From a virus: a stretch of DNA of 38,120 nucleotides. The notes beneath the pieces were generated by a model. That model saw nothing but the letters and a program-made list of their open reading frames with translations. It was not told the origin of the DNA and did no database searches. Positions within the stretch are counted from its first letter, which is position 1, and each line of letters starts with the position of its first letter. The position numbers and the translations under genes were made by a program. The stretch is from the IMG/VR virus record IMGVR_UViG_3300007351_000034; one strand, 5' to 3'. Of the stretch, positions 15,261 through 21,513 are shown in pieces.

Positions 15261-16070
15261 TTACCGTCGTGCGGGACGTACATACGTTTGCTGTGCTCGA
15301 TATATCTCCAAGCACGCAAGGAACGCTTTCTTATCAGTCTCGTAATCGAATCGGTGCTGAACCTCGAACGAACCATCCTTCCCTAGTCGCACGATCGTCG
15401 CGCCGTCGTAGGGTTCATCACCCTCTGCTTCCGCAAGGAGACGGTACGCCGCAACCTGGAGCCAGTAGTCGATGCCGTAGATGCCGGAAGAGGTCTTGAA
15501 GTCGGCCATATACCTCCGGCCGTCCTTCCCGACGTAGGCGAAGTCCGCAGTCCCAGCGATAAAGAGTTCTGGGTTCGCCATGCGGCGTTCGGAGAAGAGG
15601 AAGTGGTCTACGTTCTTGACGGCCCAAGTGGTAAATGGCTTTATCGAACGAATGTCTGTTGGTGCATCGACGTAGAGTAAAAGTTCGTTTCTCTCTTGGG
15701 GCTGCCCACCCTGGTTCAGACACACATTGATGTACTCCTCCACCAGCGCATGAGCGTCTGTCCCATGCGCCCCAGCCTCTTCCTTCTTCTTGGTGTGGGC
15801 CTTCTGCGCTTCATCGAGTTCGGAAGGTGACACTAGGTAGTAGTCGCCGTCTCGGTCCGCGAACGTGTGGGCGATGTATTCGCAATTCGCCCGTATGTGC
15901 TCACAGACCATCCGCGCCGCCCACCCGATGAGTGCGGGCTTTGCGAGCACGTTCAGGATCGTCGTGATGCCGGTGTACTTCTTCTTCCCCTCAGGGTCGG
16001 CGAAGTAGTTGTGGTTCTTTTCGAAGTCCTCGGGGACGTACAGGTTGTCTTTGATTCGGATAAGGTTCAT
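15261..16070 (-). CDS. PD-(D/E)XK (RecB/Cas4-like) nuclease
   Basis: GTADFAYVGKDGRRYMADFKTS (D...D-x-K) followed by YWLQVAAY (QxxxY) matches the RecB-family nuclease core. Confidence 0.55.
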   Translation of the reverse strand: MNLIRIKDNLYVPEDFEKNHNYFADPEGKKKYTGITTILNVLAKPALIGWAARMVCEHIRANCEYIAHTFADRDGDYYLVSPSELDEAQKAHTKKKEEAGAHGTDAHALVEEYINVCLNQGGQPQERNELLLYVDAPTDIRSIKPFTTWAVKNVDHFLFSERRMANPELFIAGTADFAYVGKDGRRYMADFKTSSGIYGIDYWLQVAAYRLLAEAEGDEPYDGATIVRLGKDGSFEVQHRFDYETDKKAFLACLEIYRAQQTYVRPARR

Positions 16071-16324
16071 AGGCCACAGAGTTCGCTAACCTGCTCTTCT
16101 GTCGCGCCCCTCACCTCCAGTCCATGCTCCTGAATGAGATTGCAGTAGTAGGCGTTATCTCGAATAACCTCTTGCTTTGCGACCGCGATATTCGGCTCAA
16201 CGAAGAAATGGAGAATGTTGCAGAGGATGAACAGGAGCATGAGAGCTACCATCCACCGCTCGAACTTCGTGAATCCCTTAGTGCGTCGGGCGAGATACCG
16301 TGCCTCTAGGTAGGTCTGGTTCAT
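16067..16324 (-). CDS. Small membrane protein
   Basis: 85 aa with a hydrophobic helix (WMVALMLLFILCNILHFF). ATGA overlaps at both ends. Confidence 0.55.
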   Translation of the reverse strand: MNQTYLEARYLARRTKGFTKFERWMVALMLLFILCNILHFFVEPNIAVAKQEVIRDNAYYCNLIQEHGLEVRGATEEQVSELCGL

Positions 16325-16515
16325 ACACCAAGTTTCTTGAGGTGCTCAATCCGTTCGAATACCGGAGTGTTGTCATCGGGTACTGGCACTATCCGCCGGC
16401 ATGACGTGCAACCACCCCAAATGAGAAGGTTGGTGAAGTGAGACTTACTGTGGCAACGGTCGTGTATCTCTACCTTCACGTTCCGCAGCGGATTGTCCTT
16501 AGGGTCGTATGCCAT
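16321..16515 (-). CDS. 64-aa hypothetical protein
   Basis: Start moved to ATG 16515 (MAYDPKDNPLRNVK...), 1 nt after the upstream stop. Contains several Cys/His (CHSKSH, CTSC). Confidence 0.5.
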   Translation of the reverse strand: MAYDPKDNPLRNVKVEIHDRCHSKSHFTNLLIWGGCTSCRRIVPVPDDNTPVFERIEHLKKLGV

Positions 16516-16516
16516 A

Positions 16517-16705
16517 CTAGAAGACCTCGCGGGCCTCGTTATATGCGTCTCGATCCTCGTCTGCGTCCTGCCAGTCCCGGTATTCCGGACAGTCAAAGTC
16601 GTGGCGGGATACGCTCGTACACCCGTCCAGCTTTTCGCACTTCTCCCACTCGAACACTTCTCCGTGGAGGTCTTCGAGAGTGACTGCTTTGTTTGTATCT
16701 TCCAT
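16517..16705 (-). CDS. Small highly acidic protein
   Basis: 62 aa rich in Asp/Glu (DWQDADEDRDAYNE). First gene after the long non-coding segment. Confidence 0.55.
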   Translation of the reverse strand: MEDTNKAVTLEDLHGEVFEWEKCEKLDGCTSVSRHDFDCPEYRDWQDADEDRDAYNEAREVF

Positions 16706-16726
16706 ACGTTTGTGTGTTCCGCGTAT

Positions 16727-17296
16727 TCATCCGTCCCCTAGTAAGCGAACGGATGAGCACGAGGTACTAGGTGAGTAATGGAAGTCGTATTGAAAAAGAA
16801 GACAGTGCTTTGAGTGCTGGTGGGGATGGTGCAAGCTTTTTGTTTAGCTTTACCGCGGGTTACTTGCACACGCATACATCCCCCATCAACACTCAAGACA
16901 CACGCATTACTGCGTGCTCTAGAGAAGTACCGAATACAGACGGCAGGCTGGGCTAGCCGAAGGAGTAAGGAGCCTACGATCTCCAACCTAGGGCGGCGGC
17001 ACTACCATCTGTATTCGATACTCCTTTCCCGCCCCGAACCCCCAACCCATAGGGAGGAGGTACGCAAGATACAGTGGATACGGTGCACAGGGTTCCCGGC
17101 ACAGGCCGGGAGTTCGAGGCAGGAACGGTCGAAAACGATATAATGTGCGAAGTACCAGTATGTTTTACATCAGGGCCGAAGCCCCGTACTGGCACTACAC
17201 GTTCACGACCGGCTAGAGTGTCTTCCCTCTCAATGTCCGACTTCCTGATATAACTATACACCCGTCTAGGGACAAAAAGCAAGCGCAATGGGGTAG
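16727..17296 (-). ncRNA. Candidate large structured RNA (about 570 nt), class unknown
   Basis: No credible ORF in any frame. 24-bp helix 16923-16946/17002-17025 has 4 G.U pairs valid on the minus strand only. C(UUCG)G hairpin at 17171-17186 lies inside a 10-bp helix. GUAA hairpin at 16901-16916. An 87-nt irregular hairpin spans 16810-16896. A motif copy lies immediately 5'. Confidence 0.55.
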
Positions 17297-17307
17297 GTGG
17301 GGATAAC
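17297..17307 (-). promoter_or_regulatory. Copy of conserved motif GTTATCCCCAC (minus orientation)
   Basis: The plus strand reads GTGGGGATAAC. It lies directly after stop codon 17308-17310 and directly 5' of the structured RNA candidate. Confidence 0.4.
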
Positions 17308-17472
17308 CTAATACTTCATCCACCGAAGCACGGATCGGCGATAGATTGGCCGTTCGGTCCCCTTCTGTAGCTGCTCAACAATCTGGGAAATGGACAGTCC
17401 CCTCCCCCGCAGCTCCTTGACCGCGAGAATCATCTTTACATCAGGCTTCCGGCCTCTTAGTTTCGTTTCCAT
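17308..17472 (-). CDS. 54-aa helix-turn-helix protein (resolvase/psq-type HTH)
   Basis: Encodes METKLRGRKPDVKMILAVKELRGRGLSISQIVEQLQKGTERPIYRRSVLRWMKY. Below the track cutoff. 16-nt overlap with the upstream gene. Confidence 0.55.
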   Translation of the reverse strand: METKLRGRKPDVKMILAVKELRGRGLSISQIVEQLQKGTERPIYRRSVLRWMKY

Positions 17473-17867
17473 TTAGGTATAGCGGCAAGTCGCCACCTCG
17501 GTCGTTCTAAGACCATACGCTCGGCCTCGTGATACTGCAAGCTCTTCACCGCACTATGTGGTATACAATCGTACCCTGCCCCTGAAGCGAACGTGAGGAA
17601 CGACCTGAACGCCTTTTCAGCCTTCTTCTGGTAGAACTCTGACAGTTCGTGTCCTATGAAATAGGCGAGGTGATCTTCGGTTATTTCTTCAACGTCCCGG
17701 ATTTTGCAGGTCTTGGCGAAGCGTATGAGTAGCGAGCGGTACTGCCCGGCCTGGTACGGATGTATGCCAAACTTCCATTCAGCGTATTCGTCGATCAGCG
17801 CATAAATCTGGCCCGGCCCCGAAAAGATTTGGAGCATGGACTGATTATTAGTTGCAACATGTCTCAT
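17457..17867 (-). CDS. Hypothetical protein resembling an integrase N-terminal SAM-like (core-binding) domain only
   Basis: 136 aa. YAEWKFGIHPYQAGQYRSLLIRFAKTCKIRDVEEITEDHLAYF resembles phage integrase N-terminal domains. No catalytic RHRY region follows. First gene of the leftward arm. Confidence 0.4.
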   Translation of the reverse strand: MRHVATNNQSMLQIFSGPGQIYALIDEYAEWKFGIHPYQAGQYRSLLIRFAKTCKIRDVEEITEDHLAYFIGHELSEFYQKKAEKAFRSFLTFASGAGYDCIPHSAVKSLQYHEAERMVLERPRWRLAAIPKWKRN

Positions 17868-17939
17868 GGTAATTCTTTCTTCACTAAACCTTCATGAAGG
17901 GAGTGGATAGCAATGTTTCTTACAGAAAGCAAAGAGTGG

Positions 17940-17984
17940 GAAATAGAAAAGCCCCCGGAGGGCTTGGCGGCCACAACCGGGGGC
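17940..17984 (-). terminator. Intrinsic terminator on the minus strand, upstream of the first leftward gene
   Basis: Perfect 9-bp stem AGCCCCCGG/CCGGGGGCT (17949-17957 / 17976-17984), followed on the minus strand by UUUUCUAUUU. Confidence 0.5.
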
Positions 17985-18053
17985 TAGATAAGTATCACAT
18001 GCCTCCCTATCCTCTCCCGCCAAGCATGGGGATTACTCCCGAGAGGATGAATC

Positions 18054-18113
18054 GGTATTACCCCTCCCCTCCCCCGCTGTCAACACTTGACAGGAAATTG
18101 CGTAGTATTACAC
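18054..18113. promoter_or_regulatory. Back-to-back divergent sigma70-like promoters sharing the palindrome CTGTCAACACTTGACAG
   Basis: Plus strand: TTGACA 18086-18091, 16-nt spacer, TACACT 18108-18113. Minus strand: TTGACA 18082-18077, 17-nt spacer, TAATAC 18059-18054. The two -35 boxes form a 17-nt palindrome (18076-18092). Confidence 0.4.
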
Positions 18114-18174
18114 TGACACTAAGCCCGAAGGACGGATTTGAACATCGCGTCCCCGGCATAGCTAGCTACAAGCA

Positions 18175-18195
18175 GACGCCCCACGGGGCGTTTTT
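18175..18195 (+). terminator. Intrinsic terminator on the plus strand, upstream of the first rightward gene
   Basis: ACGCCC/GGGCGT 6-bp stem with a 4-nt loop, followed by a T-run (18190-18194). Confidence 0.55.
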
Positions 18196-18196
18196 G

Positions 18197-18207
18197 CGTT
18201 ATCCCCA
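18197..18207 (+). promoter_or_regulatory. Copy of conserved motif GTTATCCCCAC
   Basis: Begins 2 nt after the terminator T-run (18190-18194); 33 nt upstream of ATG 18241. Confidence 0.4.
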
Positions 18208-18240
18208 CCAATTACGCCCATACTTCCCTACTCTTAGGGT

Positions 18241-18390
18241 ATGGCATCCGCAGAAAAAGCAAAGAAACCGCTCTACAAACAGCGCACGACTATCAAGGAA
18301 GGGTTGGCAGAACTCCGAAAGGCATTCAAGAAGGGGTTCAAGCCAATGAACGATAAGGGCATACACAAATCGCCCCGAAAAAAGAAGTAA
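18241..18390 (+). CDS. 49-aa lysine-rich basic protein
   Basis: Encodes MASAEKAKKPLYKQRTTIKEGLAELRKAFKKGFKPMNDKGIHKSPRKKK. Below the track cutoff. First ORF after the motif. Confidence 0.45.
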   Translation: MASAEKAKKPLYKQRTTIKEGLAELRKAFKKGFKPMNDKGIHKSPRKKK

Positions 18391-18392
18391 TT

Positions 18393-18695
18393 ATGACCGG
18401 GGTGGGATACTTTCAAACACTAGAAGACTTCTACGCACGAGGCATAGAACTCATGCGGAAGAAGAACGCCGACTATGCCGGTGTAACTGACCCGTTTAAG
18501 AACTTTAGAAACGCCCAGTTGATAGGACTCACGGTGGAGCAGGCTATTCTAGTCCGAATCCTCGATAAGCTCGCTCGCATAGGCAACCTTATAGACAAAG
18601 AGGCACAGGTAGCTGATGAATCCCTCGAAGATACACTCATGGACTGCGCTAATTACCTGAATATCCTAGCCGCTTACCGATCCTCTAACCACTAA
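18393..18695 (+). CDS. DUF1599-like all-alpha protein (MazG/NTP-pyrophosphohydrolase-like fold)
   Basis: KKNADYAG...FKNF...RILDKLARIGNL...ESLEDTLMDCANYLNI matches my recollection of the DUF1599 pattern. Confidence 0.5.
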   Translation: MTGVGYFQTLEDFYARGIELMRKKNADYAGVTDPFKNFRNAQLIGLTVEQAILVRILDKLARIGNLIDKEAQVADESLEDTLMDCANYLNILAAYRSSNH

Positions 18696-18772
18696 CAGAG
18701 CATATGAAAGACTATTCTGACCCCCTCATATAAGAAAGTAATCCACAGCCATTTACCCCTCCCCGGATAAAT

Positions 18773-18798
18773 AATCAATGTAAATCAATTTAATCAAT
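18773..18798 (+). repeat. Three direct AATCAAT repeats at 10- and 9-nt spacing
   Basis: AATCAAT at 18773, 18783 and 18792. The last copy overlaps ATG 18797 of the putative terS. Confidence 0.8.
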
Positions 18799-19054
18799 GG
18801 CTAGCAAAGGTGGAAAGAGGCCGGGAGCAGGACGACCGAAAGGAACGACTGAGATCCCCAAAATAAGGAACTACTTTACCGCAGAGGAGATGGAGGTGTT
18901 TGCCCGTGGCCTGATGGAGCGTGCAGAGACTAGCGACAAGATAGCTACCTGGCTCGCAGATCAGATATTCGGGAAGGCGCACCAGACGATAGACGCGAAT
19001 GTGGGAGGGACGCTGACGATTACGTTTGACCCTGCTTTTAAGAAAAATGATTGA
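18797..19054 (+). CDS. Putative small terminase subunit / DNA-binding protein
   Basis: 85 aa with N-terminal GGKRPGAGRPKG. Positioned upstream of terL, separated only by an HNH insertion. Confidence 0.4.
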   Translation: MASKGGKRPGAGRPKGTTEIPKIRNYFTAEEMEVFARGLMERAETSDKIATWLADQIFGKAHQTIDANVGGTLTITFDPAFKKND

Positions 19055-19583
19055 ACAATGGAAGGATGTAGTCGGCTATGAGGGCTTGTACCAAGTCAGT
19101 GATATTGGACGTGTCCGCGGGAAGAACTTAAGGAAGCTCCACCTATCCACTACTCGCTACCCTATTGTTGATCTGTACAAAGAGAACAAACGCACCACTA
19201 AGTTAGTTCATAGACTGGTGGCAGAGGCTTTTATCCCACTGGTTCCTGGCAAGAACAATGTGAACCATAAGGATGGCAGTAGAGACAATAATGCAGTCTC
19301 GAATCTTGAATGGTGTACTCAAAAGGAGAATATAAAGCACGCTTTCGATGTTCTTGGGTATAAAAACAATTTCCAAACGAATCACCCTAAGCCATCACTC
19401 GGCAAGTTTGGTTCTCTCCATCATGTGTCTAAGCCAATCCTTCAAATCCTCAACGGTGATGTTGTTAAGCGTTTTGAAAGTGGAATGGATGCAGTAAGAG
19501 AAGGCTTTAGAAGCTCACACATAACTGAGTGCTGTCAGGGTAAGCGCAAAACACATAGAGGTTATGGCTGGAGGTACGCCTAA
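19047..19583 (+). CDS. Free-standing HNH homing endonuclease (NUMOD4 + HNH_3-type)
   Basis: WKDVVGYEGLYQVSDIGRV (NUMOD4-like). VHRLVAEAF...VNHKDGSRDNNAVSNLEWCTQKEN (HNH). C-terminal GYGWRY. Start at ATG 19047. Visibly more AT-rich than its neighbours. Confidence 0.8.
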   Translation: MIEQWKDVVGYEGLYQVSDIGRVRGKNLRKLHLSTTRYPIVDLYKENKRTTKLVHRLVAEAFIPLVPGKNNVNHKDGSRDNNAVSNLEWCTQKENIKHAFDVLGYKNNFQTNHPKPSLGKFGSLHHVSKPILQILNGDVVKRFESGMDAVREGFRSSHITECCQGKRKTHRGYGWRYA

Positions 19584-20961
19584 ATTACATGAGAAGCAGA
19601 TAGACGTTGCCCAATCTAAGGCACGTTTTAAGGTCATCAGGGCGGGACGACGCAGTGGGAAGACGACGTTCGAGATAGAGAACATGCTATTTAAGGCAGT
19701 CTCTGGCAAGGGCAAGAGCATCTTCTACGTGGCCCCCACAATGAAGCAAGCCAGGAGTATCGTATGGGAATCGCTAAAGGCTAGGCTCGGAGGTATCGGC
19801 GATCTGAACGAAGCAAGGCTAGAAGCAAAAGTGCCCACTGATTCCGGTGAACAGTCACATATTCACGTCTTTGGTTTCGAGGCGCGAGAGAACTTTCGTG
19901 GTATGAAGGCTGACCACATCACTTTCGATGAAGTCGATACTTGCAAAGATTTCTTTATTGGCTGGCAAGAGATATTCCGCCCTGCTCTCATTGACACCGC
20001 AGGCACAGCAGACTTCATCGGAACCCCGAAGAAAGAAAACCCTAACCTACGCCGCCTTGAGAAGGAATCAGAGAATGACCTAGACTGGCAGTGTTTTCAG
20101 TTCAAGACCTCAGACAACCCGCACATTCCTGTCGAGGAGATCGAGAAAGCGAAGGCCGAGATGGACTCACAGACCTACAAGCAGGAGATTCTTGCTGAGT
20201 ACGTCGAGAACGCCGGAGCACTGTTCAAGTACACCGCGCTCATAGACACGTTCACCAACACCATCACCAAATCCCCTGAGAAGTATTTGGTGATTGATGT
20301 GGCTGATGATGGCTCGGACACCACCAAGTTCTCCTTCTGGCAGGGACTAGAGGAATACCGGCGCGAGACATTCTCCCGGATGAACACGGAGAGTATCGTC
20401 ATGCAAACCCGTGAGTACCAGCAGGAAGAGCGTATCCCTATGTCGCAAACGATTGTGGATGCTATCGGCGTGGGTGCTGGGGTAGCAAGCAACTCCTTAC
20501 TCGACGGGATCGTAGGCTTCAAGTCATCCTACGGCCCTATTCGTACGGACATCGACCCCGTGAGACTTCCGAACGTCCACTACCTGAAAGACGCTCCCCT
20601 CACCTCGGAGTACAAGAATATCCGTTCACAGTGCGTGTTCACCCTTGCTGACCATGTGAACAACCACAAGATAGCCTCCAAGTGTACCGGCAGGGATAAG
20701 GAGGTGATTATCGAGGAGCTAGCAACCTATCAAGATGCCTCACAGGGCGATGGTAAGCGCATGGCAACCCCCAAGGAGGATGTGAAGGAGCTTATCGGTC
20801 GCTCCCCCGATGACAGTGATACATGGATCATGCGTATGTACTTTGTTATCAGAGAAAAGATGCTCCCCCACCAGTCAGAGGACGCTGCGCGGTTGTCTCG
20901 TGAGATCGAGGAGCGATTCTCTATTAACCAGTCCCGGCAGAGTATGAATAGCACGCGCTAG
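19564..20961 (+). CDS. terL: Terminase large subunit
   Basis: Walker A-like RAGRRSGKTT, Walker B-like HITFDEVD, and a C-terminal nuclease-like region with acidic residues. 465 aa, at the head of the morphogenesis module. Confidence 0.85.
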   Translation: MAGGTPKLHEKQIDVAQSKARFKVIRAGRRSGKTTFEIENMLFKAVSGKGKSIFYVAPTMKQARSIVWESLKARLGGIGDLNEARLEAKVPTDSGEQSHIHVFGFEARENFRGMKADHITFDEVDTCKDFFIGWQEIFRPALIDTAGTADFIGTPKKENPNLRRLEKESENDLDWQCFQFKTSDNPHIPVEEIEKAKAEMDSQTYKQEILAEYVENAGALFKYTALIDTFTNTITKSPEKYLVIDVADDGSDTTKFSFWQGLEEYRRETFSRMNTESIVMQTREYQQEERIPMSQTIVDAIGVGAGVASNSLLDGIVGFKSSYGPIRTDIDPVRLPNVHYLKDAPLTSEYKNIRSQCVFTLADHVNNHKIASKCTGRDKEVIIEELATYQDASQGDGKRMATPKEDVKELIGRSPDDSDTWIMRMYFVIREKMLPHQSEDAARLSREIEERFSINQSRQSMNSTR

Positions 20962-20962
20962 C

Positions 20963-21130
20963 ATGAAACGCCCTAAACTCTTTATCATCCGCAAATACGT
21001 GTACGCACACTCCGTCACCGACGCGATACGGAGAGAGAAAACCTACCCCGTCGAGGACGTGTGGTGGGATGACATGGACAAGCCAAATCACCAAGAGTCA
21101 AAAGAGCTAGGTTTTAAGCCACGAAAATGA
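20963..21130 (+). CDS. 55-aa hypothetical protein
   Basis: ATG lies 1 nt after the terL stop. Its stop overlaps the next ATG (ATGA). Below the track cutoff. Confidence 0.45.
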   Translation: MKRPKLFIIRKYVYAHSVTDAIRREKTYPVEDVWWDDMDKPNHQESKELGFKPRK

Positions 21131-21513
21131 TGAAGAAGCGCAAGAAGCCATTTGTAGTGACCCACGGCTCCTATCCGTTCGACGTGATGGTATGTATCGG
21201 GACTACTCACGCCGAGGTCATAAAGGCTCTAAACAAAAAGATGGGCAGAAAAATGGACAAGGAGGAAGCTGACTACCTTGAATTGCACAGTATCGGACGC
21301 ACTGTGATGCTGGACGGCGGCCAAACTATTCTAATGGCCGAAGATTTGAAGAATAATCCCGACTTCCATGCAAACCTATCGCATGAAATTCTCCATGCCG
21401 TTTCCTTCCTATTCGATCGGGTTGGCCTCCCACACACCACACAGGGCGATGAGGCTTGGGCATACCAAGTGGGTCATCTAACCAGAGAGATATACAAACA
21501 CCTCTATGCCTGA
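21127..21513 (+). CDS. HExxH (HEILH) metallopeptidase-like protein
   Basis: 128 aa with NLSHEILHAVSFLFD. Shares the HEILH core with the early gene 8566-8844. Confidence 0.55.
   Translation: MMKKRKKPFVVTHGSYPFDVMVCIGTTHAEVIKALNKKMGRKMDKEEADYLELHSIGRTVMLDGGQTILMAEDLKNNPDFHANLSHEILHAVSFLFDRVGLPHTTQGDEAWAYQVGHLTREIYKHLYA

Noticed and set aside
16738-17288. Track ORFs 16738-16986, 16814-17143 and 16974-17288 in the long non-coding gap
   Set aside because: They are short, mutually overlapping and lack start context. Their composition is implausible (Arg/Pro/Ser/Gly-rich). The region's strand-specific helices explain it better as RNA.
17457-17867. Integrase, and therefore a temperate lifestyle
   Set aside because: Only an N-terminal SAM-like domain resemblance is visible. 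No catalytic Arg-His-Arg-Tyr region, attP-like site or repressor/Cro pair was recognised, so lysogeny is not supported.
18121-18195. tRNA gene on the minus strand, suggested by GGATTTGAAC (reverse complement of a T-loop-like GTTCAAATCC)
   Set aside because: The GGACG/CGTCC stem encloses a 13-nt loop instead of 7 nt. I could not build an acceptor stem, D-arm or anticodon arm. The segment is better explained as a short promoter-proximal transcript ending at the terminator.
18197-18207. GTTATCCCCAC copies as DnaA boxes marking an origin
   Set aside because: The copies are dispersed over 30 kb, one per transcription unit, and always co-oriented with the genes. They are not clustered near an AT-rich unwinding element. 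The iteron cluster at 14001-14128 is a better origin candidate.
17894-18349. 151-aa plus-strand ORF across the divergent control region
   Set aside because: It runs through the palindromic promoter region, two intrinsic terminators and the conserved motif. Its composition is Pro/Arg/Gly-rich and artefact-like. A short basic ORF (18241-18390) in another frame fits the signals better.
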